Assembly (NCBI GenBank): GCA_965221775.1
Contig: CBDCSU010000006.1
Span: 2,240,001-2,304,000 of the forward strand
DNA from: Candidatus Latescibacterota bacterium
Lineage (GTDB): Bacteria; Latescibacterota; UBA2968; UBA8231
Direction: 5' to 3'
Length of the DNA: 64,000 nt
In this document: piece by piece, positions 18,539 to 27,410 of the stretch
How positions within the stretch are numbered: the stretch's first letter is position 1
Layout: every line of letters begins with the position of its first letter
Translations under genes and position numbers: made by a program
Notes under the pieces: generated by a model
The model's database searches: none
Seen by the model: only the letters and a program-made list of their open reading frames with translations
Told to the model about the DNA's origin: nothing

Positions 18539-19615
18539 ATGAGCACGGCGGAGAGAACGACGGTGCCCCTCGACAGCGGGGAGAGGCTCACCGTCCGGGT
18601 GTGCGAGCCGCCCTTTCCCGGCGGCGGGGAGAACCTCTGCTGGTGGGGGGACGTCGCCGCCGACGTGATGGCGGGGAAGCTGCGGCCGTGGCTGCGCACG
18701 GCCTGGTACCTCGGCGAGATCGACGGCGAGCGGGCCGGGTACATGAGCTGCTGGACCCCCGCCGCCAGCCGCGAGATCGGGATCGTCGAGTTCGTCCGGA
18801 CGGCGGAGGCGCACCAGCGAAAGGGGGTCGCCTCGATCCTGCTGGGCCGCCTCGTGGAGGACTTCACCCGGGCCGGGGGCTTGGCCCTCTACCTGTGCAC
18901 GACCAACCCCCATGCCGGCCGGCTCTACGAGAGCCGCGGGTTCCGCTATCTCGTCGGCGACGGGATGCGCTACCTGGCGCCCGGCGCCGGGGAGTTCGAC
19001 CGCGACTACCTCGGCGGCGGCGGTCCGGCCGTGGTCCGCGATGCCACCTGGGCGGACCTGCCCGGGGCGGCGGCGCTCTTCAATCACCCGGAGCCGCGGT
19101 GGATCGTGAAGGACTCCCTGAGCCGGTGCTTCCACGACACCCGCTACGAGAGCCACTTCCTGAAGACCTTCCGGCGGCTGGAGGGCGGGCGGGGGGTCTG
19201 CGTGGCCCTGGAGAACGCCGCCGGCCGACTCGTCGGCCTGGCCACGACCGAGCGGCGGGACACCTGGGCCGAGCAGCACACGGCGGTGCTCAGCTTCCGC
19301 GTGGCGCCGGCCTTCACGAGTCGCTGCGCCGCCCTGCTGGGCGCGGCCGTGGAGCGCAGCGCCGCCCTGGGGATCTCGGTCATCCACGTCCACGCCGCCG
19401 ACTGCGACGAGGATCAGAAACAGCTGCTGCAGGGGGCCGGGTTCGCCGAGGAGGCGCGCTTCAGGGACCGGCTGCGCGTCGGTGGCGGCTTCGTGGACCT
19501 GGTGGTCTACGGGCGGAGGTCATCGCCGCCGGCGGCCCCTTCCTCCGACGAGGGCGAGTTCTACGGCGGGCGCCAGCCGTGGCAGCGGCAGCGCGTGGCG
19601 GATATGGGAGAGTGA
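18539..19615 (+). CDS. tandem GNAT family N-acetyltransferase
   Basis: HQRKGVA, AGRLYESRGF, second GNAT-like half ending GFAEEARFRD; strong GGAGG SD (alternative start at 18494). Confidence 0.8.
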   Translation: MSTAERTTVPLDSGERLTVRVCEPPFPGGGENLCWWGDVAADVMAGKLRPWLRTAWYLGEIDGERAGYMSCWTPAASREIGIVEFVRTAEAHQRKGVASILLGRLVEDFTRAGGLALYLCTTNPHAGRLYESRGFRYLVGDGMRYLAPGAGEFDRDYLGGGGPAVVRDATWADLPGAAALFNHPEPRWIVKDSLSRCFHDTRYESHFLKTFRRLEGGRGVCVALENAAGRLVGLATTERRDTWAEQHTAVLSFRVAPAFTSRCAALLGAAVERSAALGISVIHVHAADCDEDQKQLLQGAGFAEEARFRDRLRVGGGFVDLVVYGRRSSPPAAPSSDEGEFYGGRQPWQRQRVADMGE

Positions 19616-19640
19616 TCACCGACGCGCCAGGACCCAGGAA

Positions 19641-20822
19641 CTAGAACCCGTACTCCTCCTTGACCTCCGCGAAGGAGCGGACGGCGAAGTCCAGATCGTC
19701 CCGCGTGTGGGCCGCGGAGATCTGGGTGCGGATGCGCGCCCTGCCCTCGGGGACCACTGGATAGAAGAAGCCGATGGCGAAAACGCCCTTCTCCAGCAGG
19801 CGGGCGGCCACCTTCTGGGCCAGCGCAGCGTCGCCGAGCATGATGGGGACGATGGGGTGATTGCCGTCGTTGAGCTCGAAGCCGCGGGCCGACATGGCGG
19901 CCTTGAAGTACCTCGTGTTGGCGTGCAGCCGCTCGCGCAGCTCGCCGGAGGCGGAGATGATCTCGAGAGCCTTGAGGGAGGCGCTGACGATGCTCGGCGC
20001 CAGGGTGTTGGAGAACAGGTACGGCCGCGAACGCTGGCGCAGCAGCTCGACGATCTCCCGCCGGCCGCTGGTGTAGCCGCCGCTGGCGCCTCCCAGCGCC
20101 TTGCCGAGGGTGCCGGTGATGATGTCGACGCGGTCCATCACCTGGCAGAGCTCGTGGGTGCCGCGGCCGTTCTCGCCCAGGAAGCCGACGGCGTGCGAGT
20201 CGTCGATCATCACCAGGGCGTCGTGCTCGTCGGCCAGGTCGCAGACCCCCTTCAGGTCGGCGATGATGCCGTCCATGGAGAACACGCCGTCAGTGACGAT
20301 CAGGCGGAACCGGCAGTCGGCGGCTTGTACCAGCTTAGCCTTCAGGTCCTCGAGATCGGAGTTCCGGTAGCGCAGCCGCTTCGCCTTGCACAGGCGGATG
20401 CCGTCGATGATGCTGGCGTGGTTCAGCTCGTCGCTGATCACCGCGTCCTCGGGTCCGAGCAAGGTCTCGAAGAGGCCGCCGTTGGCGTCGAAGCAGGAGC
20501 TGTAGAGGATCGCCGCTTCGGCGCCGAGGAACTCCGCGATCCGGGACTCCAGCTCGTGGTGGATCGGCTGGGTGCCGCAGATGAAGCGCACCGAGGACAG
20601 GCCGTAGCCCCACTCGTCGAGACTCGCCCGGGCGGCCTCGACGATCTCCGGGTGGCCGGCCAGCCCCAGGTAGTTGTTGGCGCACATGTTGAGCACGCGG
20701 CGCCCGGCCACGTCGACCCGGGACTGCTGCGGCCCGGCGATCACCCGCTCGCGCTTGTAGAGCCCGTCCTGCTCGATACGCGCCAGCTGATCCCTGAGTT
20801 GCTCCTTCATCGTTCCGTACAT
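19641..20822 (-). CDS. kbl: glycine C-acetyltransferase (2-amino-3-ketobutyrate CoA ligase)
   Basis: [58 protein letters not shown]. Confidence 0.95.
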   Translation of the reverse strand: MYGTMKEQLRDQLARIEQDGLYKRERVIAGPQQSRVDVAGRRVLNMCANNYLGLAGHPEIVEAARASLDEWGYGLSSVRFICGTQPIHHELESRIAEFLGAEAAILYSSCFDANGGLFETLLGPEDAVISDELNHASIIDGIRLCKAKRLRYRNSDLEDLKAKLVQAADCRFRLIVTDGVFSMDGIIADLKGVCDLADEHDALVMIDDSHAVGFLGENGRGTHELCQVMDRVDIITGTLGKALGGASGGYTSGRREIVELLRQRSRPYLFSNTLAPSIVSASLKALEIISASGELRERLHANTRYFKAAMSARGFELNDGNHPIVPIMLGDAALAQKVAARLLEKGVFAIGFFYPVVPEGRARIRTQISAAHTRDDLDFAVRSFAEVKEEYGF

Positions 20823-20833
20823 CGATCACTCCA

Positions 20834-21589
20834 CTAGATCATGAGATCGCCGCCGTTGATGTCGAAGGCGGCGCCGGTGATGTAGGGCGCGTCCCTCACC
20901 AGGAACAGCACCAGCCGCGCCACCTCCGCGGGCGTCCCGAGGCGGGCGATGGGGAAGCTCTCCTCGTAGGCCTGCAGCCGTTCGGGAGTGCAGTTGGCGC
21001 GGACCATCTCCGTGTCGATCAGGCCGGGGCAGATCGAGTTCGCCGTGATGCCGTGGGGCGCCATCTCCTTGGCGAGGGCCCGCGTGAAGCCGAGGACCCC
21101 GGCCTTGGCGGCCGTGTAGTGGGCGCCGCCGAGGGTGCTGACACTGCGGCCGGCTGACGACGACATGTTGATGATCCGTCCGTATCCGTTCGCCTTCATC
21201 GAACCGAGGACCGCCCGGCTGCACAGGAAGGTCCCCTTGAGATTGGCCTCCACCACGAGGTCCCACTCCGCCGCCGAGATCTCCTCGACTCTCGTCGGGC
21301 GCAGGACGCCGGCGTTGTTCACGAGGATGTCGACCTTGCCGAACCTCTCCAGGGCCCCGGCCACCAGCTCGTCGACGGCGGACTCGTCGGTCACGTCACA
21401 GCGCCGGCCCACGGCGCGGCCGCCGTCGGGGTCGATCTCGGCCGCGGTCCGCTCGACCTGATCGCGGTTCAGGTCACAGAGCACGACCCTCGCGCCGTCC
21501 TCCGCCAGGGTCCGGGCGATCTGCGCGCCCATCCCTTGCGCGGCGCCGGTGACGATGGCGACCTGGGGTTTTGACTCAGCCGGTGACAT
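20834..21589 (-). CDS. classical SDR oxidoreductase (FabG-like)
   Basis: TGAAQGMG, NNAG, YTAAK, CPGLIDT. Confidence 0.9.
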   Translation of the reverse strand: MSPAESKPQVAIVTGAAQGMGAQIARTLAEDGARVVLCDLNRDQVERTAAEIDPDGGRAVGRRCDVTDESAVDELVAGALERFGKVDILVNNAGVLRPTRVEEISAAEWDLVVEANLKGTFLCSRAVLGSMKANGYGRIINMSSSAGRSVSTLGGAHYTAAKAGVLGFTRALAKEMAPHGITANSICPGLIDTEMVRANCTPERLQAYEESFPIARLGTPAEVARLVLFLVRDAPYITGAAFDINGGDLMI

Positions 21590-22017
21590 CTCTCCACTCT
21601 CGCTTCCGGCCGTCGAGTTCCGGCTCGACGTTGACGGCGATCACTTCTGCCCGTCTCACTGCTTGCGGGGACCCGACAGGGCCAAGGCTTCGTCGCGGGC
21701 AGAACCCGTGGTGACAGGACGCGCAGTAGGCATACGGCCGCCCAGGGTCACCTGCCCGAGGAGCGTCTCCACCGTACGCGAGTGCGACGCTCGCGCACGC
21801 AGACGGCGCTCACACTGGGGGCAGGGGCCTCTTTTGCGTCAGCAACGGGCTGCGGCGGCGCTCGCCGCTGGCAACGCCTCAACTTATGACTCATCTATTT
21901 CTGCTATTTCTGCGCGGTGCCTTAGGAGGGTTCATAGGGTCTTCCCCTTGGGGAGCGGGAGTGATTCGCACCGGAGCAGGCTCCAACCTTGCGAGCTGGC
22001 AGGATTTCAGAGGGCTT

Positions 22018-22464
22018 CTACGACAGTGTCTCACCAGAAAAGTCCTCCACAAGAATCACCGTCCCATCCGTGTACAATTTGGCTATGAATGGTGGGCGAT
22101 GCTTCTTGACAAACTTCTCCATTCGGCGCCCGGCACGGAGGATGGTGGCCGCCATGGCCTCGCCGCCAAGCCTCTTGCCGACCAGAGCGAACAGGCGCGC
22201 CCCTGAGTCCTGTACGGCCAGCCTTTCGGATAGTCGGTGCTGGATCTTGCGGTCTTTGGTCAGTATAACCCATCCCTGCCGCGCGACGTGGGGAATCCAC
22301 TCTTCATCGGGGGCCGCTTGGTCAAAGTGGTCGTCGTGAGCCTGCACCTCAAGACCGGCTTTGCGGAGAGTACAAACGACAGTCTTGCCCCCCATGTTGC
22401 GGTCTATGAATAGCGGAGGCAGGTCAGGCGGCGAGGAGGTGCCGGGCTTCGAACCGGATGGCAT
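22018..22464 (-). CDS. PIN-like domain toxin (VapC45/Rv2019-like)
   Basis: FIDRNMG, HDDHF...DEEWI, WVILTKDRKI; lies directly downstream of a DUF433 gene. Confidence 0.8.
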   Translation of the reverse strand: MPSGSKPGTSSPPDLPPLFIDRNMGGKTVVCTLRKAGLEVQAHDDHFDQAAPDEEWIPHVARQGWVILTKDRKIQHRLSERLAVQDSGARLFALVGKRLGGEAMAATILRAGRRMEKFVKKHRPPFIAKLYTDGTVILVEDFSGETLS

Positions 22465-23128
22465 CTTCGATTATTCTCGGTTCTTGCCCGTAGTCCTGCG
22501 ATAGCACTTCGAAGGAGTCCCCGCCTTGGTATCTCTCGGCCAAGACAGCCGTGGGTATACCGGTGCCCCTGATCACTGGTCGGCCGAATGAAATCTTGGG
22601 GTTGATCATGACAATAGCCGCATCGTCGGCGGCAGAACATCCCTCTGAATCACTTCTAGGAGGATCTATGAATGGGAAGAATCGGACGGCGATTCCTTCG
22701 TCTCGCTCTATGCGTTTCAAATAGCGCCGCAGTAACTCCTTCAGGACGATCTGACCTTCTTGGGTCACACTCTCAACCACCGGATGCCCAAGCCCATCAA
22801 GGGTGAGCTGGTCGACGAATACATCCGTGCCGTCGGTCTCCATGTCTACTTCGATCAGAGGATGAGCCGAATCGTACTCCTTCTTCATGTAGGCAATGGC
22901 CCGGCGCATCTTCTGCAAGGACACACCCTGATTGCGAATGGAGCTCAAGACATGAGCTTCAACCAAGTTTCTAAAGGAGAGAAGACGGCTTCCCTCGGGG
23001 AAGTCGAAGACAGGGGCAAAGTTCACCCCGCCACTGAACCAAGAGTTCAGGGTAGAGGGAGGCGTATGGATGTACAGGGCGGCCTCGCTGCCACTGTACG
23101 CCGGTAGCCCCAGCACGTCGCGGGTCAC
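22424..23128 (-). CDS. DUF433 antitoxin (VapB45/Rv2018-like); start uncertain, frame open to 23266
   Basis: N-terminal HTH PAYSGSEAALY...STLNSW, LSFRNLVE, GVSLQKMRRA, C-terminal INPKISFGRPVIRGTGIPT. Confidence 0.82.
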   Translation of the reverse strand: MTRDVLGLPAYSGSEAALYIHTPPSTLNSWFSGGVNFAPVFDFPEGSRLLSFRNLVEAHVLSSIRNQGVSLQKMRRAIAYMKKEYDSAHPLIEVDMETDGTDVFVDQLTLDGLGHPVVESVTQEGQIVLKELLRRYLKRIERDEGIAVRFFPFIDPPRSDSEGCSAADDAAIVMINPKISFGRPVIRGTGIPTAVLAERYQGGDSFEVLSQDYGQEPRIIEDAIRFEARHLLAA

Positions 23129-23306
23129 TGCCTTGACGATCCGATTAGCATTGGCGACGGGTTTCTCTCGGCTGGGGTAAGGAGGGGACCGCACGCCCCC
23201 ACAGTCGATGCTGCTCATAGGGGCACCGATTTGGCATGAAAATAGGGACTCTTGGCTGAGGCGCAATCTCGCACGGGTGAGCTCCCAAGAGCGGCGGCTC
23301 CATGCG

Positions 23307-23445
23307 TGCGTCCATCGCGACGCTCAGATACACGAAGCCGTCCCCGTGTGCGTGTAGCGAGGCCCGCGACCCATATGCGGGCCGGCGACCGAAACTCCCC
23401 ACCGACCAAGTCGGAGGCGCCCCCCCACAGGCCGGCGACGGGTCG
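23307..23445 (-). pseudogene. degenerate IS3-family transposase (rve integrase core) fragment
   Basis: Split across frames: SDLVGGEF...ARIWVAGL / GDGFVYLSVAMDA, matching the IS3 OrfB pattern DLV.R.F...W..DITY...GFxYLAVVxD. Confidence 0.55.
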
Positions 23446-23679
23446 TGGAGAACCGTCGCCACCGGCAGACGCCACCTAACCCAGAAGAAACGCCGCCCAG
23501 GTGAGCGGTTCTCTGGTATTCATGTCGTCCACTCTTGCGGGGTACTTCCCTTCAACGTGTCGGCAGCCTCATGTCACGTCCGTATGGATGGCTTTGGGCC
23601 CCATCACCCCTGAAGCCCGATCACATCATCTGCGACGATGGTGGTCGTTCGGCCGATCAAATGGAGGTTGGCCTCCCGT

Positions 23680-25809
23680 TCACTCCACCGCTTCCGGCCA
23701 CTGGTACACGTGGACCTCCAGGGGCTGGAAGAGGTCGGTGAAGCTGCGGGACTCGGCCCCCGCCGAGCGGTCCTCGAACATCGCCCGGGGCCGCACCGGC
23801 CGGTCGAAACGCCAGGTGCCCAGGGCCAGCTCCGGCGTCACGTTGACGGCGATCAGGGTGTGGACGCCGTCGTGGAGGCGCTCGGTGAACTGGATCGCCT
23901 CTCCTTCCTGCTCCAGCTGCACGCTCCGCACCGTGGCGCCGGCGGCCAGGGTCGGGGCCAGGTGGCGGATCTCGCTGGAGAGCTTGAGGACCTCCGTCCA
24001 TTGCCGCGGATAGATCGCCACGTCGTTGGTGTACGGGGTACCGGGGATCCTGCCCCCGGCCGCGTAGAACACGAGCCCCTTCACGCCCCGCACCAGGGCC
24101 AGGTAGTTCATGGCCCGGATCTCCTCGCGGCTGGGGCGGAAACCCCCCTCGAGGGTGACGATCCGGCCGCGGTTGCTGTCGAGGCGGTAGTCGAAGGTCT
24201 GGGAGCAGAACCACACCTGCTTGCCCTCGGGTCCGGCGGCCTCGAAGGCCGCGTCGAGGGTCAGCTCGTCCATGGAGGTGATCGAGTTGTCGGGCAGCAG
24301 CGGGTTGAGGATGGGGTAGGAGTAGACGAAGTAGGCGTCCCCCAGGGCCCCACCCCACTGGAGCATGAAGGTGACGGGGTGGTTCGGGTCCCTCTCCCGG
24401 ATGAACCGGTAGGTCTCGGCGGCCAGGGCCGCCTGGTTCTCGCTGGCGTACTCGTTCCACCAGGCCAGGGTGGCGGGGTGGTCCTTGACTCGGGCGATCA
24501 GGTCGGTGAGACGACCGGGGTCGCCGCGGCCCAGGGCCTGGGAGGCGTAGTAGAAGTGGATGAGCCCCTTCATACCGATGGCCAGCAGGTCGTCCAGGGT
24601 CCGGGTGGAGGCTTCGCCGATGAGCTTGTAGTTGATCCCGGCCTCGACCGCCTGGGCCAGGTAGGGCATGTGACTCTTCTGCGAGACGTTGGAGGAGTAG
24701 ATGCCGACCGGGAAGAAGGGCTCGCCGTTGACGCGGAAGACATCCCCGTCGAAGCCCGACACCACCGTTACGGGCGCGTTGACGCCGAAGCGCCAGCGCA
24801 GCCGGTTGCCGGCGTTGCCCGCCCGGTCCGAGAGGGAGACGTCCACCTGGTGGACGCCGTCGGCCAGGGTCCCGGCGGCGTAGCGGAACCCGTCGCCGGT
24901 GATCTCGGCGCGGGAGGTGACGTCCTCGCCGTCGAGCAGGATCCGGATCGAGGCGGGGTCGACCCCCGAGCCGTCCTCGCGGAACCCGGCCGAGAGCAGC
25001 GGCGGACCCTCCACCGTCGAGTCCGGGGTCGGTCGAGGGAGCACCAGGGCCGGGGGCGTCGTGTCCTCTTGTGAGACCGGGGAGATCCGCGCCTTCATCC
25101 GGTCCAGCACCGTGATCCTCAGCTCCTTCCCGGCCTCGTACTGGGCGGCGATCTCGGCCTCGGACAGGGCCCGGCCGTAGAGCCGGACGTCGTCGATCTG
25201 GCCGGTGAAGAAGCCGCCCGGGCCCGGACCGTACACGCGGGTCCCCACGTAGAGGGACGCCTCCAGGGTGCCGGCCTCGAAGGGGTCGTTGTCCTGCGTT
25301 CCCCGAAGCTGGCCGTTCACGTAGACCCGGACCTCGCCGTCCTCGAAGGTGCCGGCCAGGTGGGCCCAGGTCTGCTGGCCGGGGCCGGGCCCGGAGGCGT
25401 TCCTGCCCTCGGGACAGTCGGTGACGCCGAAGTTCACCCGGTTCCGCGCCAGACTGAGACGGTAGTTCTGGCGCAGGATGCTGCAGCCGTTCTTCGCCAG
25501 CACTGCCTGCGAGGAGTTGACGGGCGTGTTGATCCAGCAGCTCACGGTGTGCGGCCCCGAGAACCGCAGGTGCTCCGAGTCGGGGATCTCCACGTGATCG
25601 TCCTGCCCGTCGAAGCGCAGGGCGTACCCCTCCGGCAGCGGCACGTACTCCGCCCCGTGGATGACACCGTCGAGGCCGTGGCCGCCGGCATCGCGGGCGA
25701 CGGTGCCTTCGCCCTCGTCGAAGGAGTAGTGGGCCACGAGGCCGTCCTCCTGGGCCGGGGCGCCGGCGGCGAGGAGGAGACCGAGGAGGATCAGCGTTCT
25801 GGATCGCAT
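23680..25809 (-). CDS. secreted LamG-like jellyroll + Ig-like + putative glycoside hydrolase protein
   Basis: Signal peptide; LVAHYSFDEG, WAHLAGTF, GQIDDVRLYGRALS; NGEPFFPVGIY; PSREEIRAMNYLALVRGVKG. Confidence 0.8.
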   Translation of the reverse strand: MRSRTLILLGLLLAAGAPAQEDGLVAHYSFDEGEGTVARDAGGHGLDGVIHGAEYVPLPEGYALRFDGQDDHVEIPDSEHLRFSGPHTVSCWINTPVNSSQAVLAKNGCSILRQNYRLSLARNRVNFGVTDCPEGRNASGPGPGQQTWAHLAGTFEDGEVRVYVNGQLRGTQDNDPFEAGTLEASLYVGTRVYGPGPGGFFTGQIDDVRLYGRALSEAEIAAQYEAGKELRITVLDRMKARISPVSQEDTTPPALVLPRPTPDSTVEGPPLLSAGFREDGSGVDPASIRILLDGEDVTSRAEITGDGFRYAAGTLADGVHQVDVSLSDRAGNAGNRLRWRFGVNAPVTVVSGFDGDVFRVNGEPFFPVGIYSSNVSQKSHMPYLAQAVEAGINYKLIGEASTRTLDDLLAIGMKGLIHFYYASQALGRGDPGRLTDLIARVKDHPATLAWWNEYASENQAALAAETYRFIRERDPNHPVTFMLQWGGALGDAYFVYSYPILNPLLPDNSITSMDELTLDAAFEAAGPEGKQVWFCSQTFDYRLDSNRGRIVTLEGGFRPSREEIRAMNYLALVRGVKGLVFYAAGGRIPGTPYTNDVAIYPRQWTEVLKLSSEIRHLAPTLAAGATVRSVQLEQEGEAIQFTERLHDGVHTLIAVNVTPELALGTWRFDRPVRPRAMFEDRSAGAESRSFTDLFQPLEVHVYQWPEAVE

Positions 25810-25902
25810 GGGGATTCGCTCCGGAAAGGGGCGTGACTTGCTCTCGGGCTGGGAATCCCCAAGTCTAGGCGCCTCGCTCGCAATCAGCCACGGGAGGCCA
25901 GG

Positions 25903-26853
25903 ATGCCGGAACACCGCACGAAGCCGGGGCCCGATTGGGAATGCGTCACCCGCCAGGCCCCCTGGCAGGCCCGGGACTCGCAGGGGGAGTTCGTCCACGA
26001 CGGCCACCTGTGGATCCTGGGCGGCTGGTTCTCGCCCACCACCACGGGCCCCCGGGACGTGTGGAAGTCGCCGGACGGGGCCCGCTGGACCTGCACGGTC
26101 GCGGAGGCGCCCTGGGAGTACGGCGACCTGCCGGCCACCCTCTCCTACGGCGGCCGCATGTGGGTCATGGGCGGCCGGCGCATGCCCGGCGCCGCCAACT
26201 GCAACCAGGTCTGGTCCTCCACCGACGGCGCCGACTGGAGCCTGGTGAACGCCAGCGCCGGCTGGTGCCCCCGGGTCTCGCCCTCCTTCGCCGTCTTCCG
26301 CGACCGCATGTGGATCATGGCCGGCACCGAGAACTTCTACGAGGACACGGCCGACACCCTGAAGAACGACGTCTGGTCCTCCGCCGCCGGGGAGAGCTGG
26401 CGCCTGGAGACCCGCCGCGCCGAGTGGCCGAAACGCACCCACGCCCAGGCCGCCGTCTTCGACGGCAGACTCTGGATCATGGGCGGCGGCGCCTGGCGGC
26501 CGAAGACGATCCCCCGCAACGACGTGTGGTGCTCGGAGGACGGCGTTCGCTGGACCTGCGTCACCGAGGCGGCGCCGTGGAAGCCGCGCATGTGGTTCTC
26601 GGTGGTCGTCTACCGGGGGTGCATGTGGCTCCTGGGCGGCTGGAACCGCGAGGACGGCAACTTCGGGGACGTCTGGTACACGCGGGACGGCGCCCGGTGG
26701 ACGGAGGTGAAGTCCCGGGTGATCTGGAGCCCTCGCCACGAGCACTCGGCGTACGCATTCCGCGACCGGATCTGGGTCGCCGGCGGCTACGGCGAGGAGC
26801 TGGACAGCGAGGTCTGGTCCCTGCACGTGCCCCCGGACTTCCCCGAGGGCTGA
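25903..26853 (+). CDS. kelch-like repeat beta-propeller protein
   Basis: About 6 repeats of W..R...V...G.MWxxGG...NDVWxSxDGxxW. Confidence 0.8.
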   Translation: MPEHRTKPGPDWECVTRQAPWQARDSQGEFVHDGHLWILGGWFSPTTTGPRDVWKSPDGARWTCTVAEAPWEYGDLPATLSYGGRMWVMGGRRMPGAANCNQVWSSTDGADWSLVNASAGWCPRVSPSFAVFRDRMWIMAGTENFYEDTADTLKNDVWSSAAGESWRLETRRAEWPKRTHAQAAVFDGRLWIMGGGAWRPKTIPRNDVWCSEDGVRWTCVTEAAPWKPRMWFSVVVYRGCMWLLGGWNREDGNFGDVWYTRDGARWTEVKSRVIWSPRHEHSAYAFRDRIWVAGGYGEELDSEVWSLHVPPDFPEG

Positions 26854-26885
26854 CGAGCAGCGCCGCCTCGCGTCCGCGGAGTTCC

Positions 26886-27398
26886 TCACCCGCGCAGGGA
26901 GTCCAGGAAGTCCCGCACCTCCGCATCCGACCGCAGGATCACCACGTTCTTCTGCGGCCGGACCTGGTCCAGCCGCCGCAGTATGCCCGGCAGGCGCGTC
27001 CTGTTGTAGCTCCAGATCCAGCGGAGGAACTCGACGCTCGGACGCTGCTCCCGGCACCCGGGGTGCAGGTCCGGGCGGCTTCGGCCCCAGTGGCGGAGGC
27101 TCCGCTTGAAGACGCGGAGGAGGCAGGTCGCGCGCGAGCGGGCCAGGAGGATCACGGTGTCGCTGGCGGCGATCCGATCCTCCATGGTGCCGCCGTAGTT
27201 GCCGTCGAGGATCCAGGCTTCGGGCCGAAGGAGCTCCGCGTGGCGGCGCTCCCACTCCTCCTTCGGCGGTCTCTCCCATCCGGCGCGCCAGTGGACGGCG
27301 TCCAGGTGGACCACCGGCAGGCCGAGCCGCGATCCCAGCTCCACGGCCAGGCGGGACTTGCCCGAGCTGGAGCAGCCGATGATGGAGATCCTGCGCAC
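26886..27398 (-). CDS. P-loop nucleotide kinase-like protein (FlaR/topology modulation family)
   Basis: GCSSSGKS Walker A, HLDAVHW, WILDGNY, RPDL..GC.E. Confidence 0.85.
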   Translation of the reverse strand: MRRISIIGCSSSGKSRLAVELGSRLGLPVVHLDAVHWRAGWERPPKEEWERRHAELLRPEAWILDGNYGGTMEDRIAASDTVILLARSRATCLLRVFKRSLRHWGRSRPDLHPGCREQRPSVEFLRWIWSYNRTRLPGILRRLDQVRPQKNVVILRSDAEVRDFLDSLRG

Positions 27399-27410
27399 TC
27401 TCGGGCCCCG

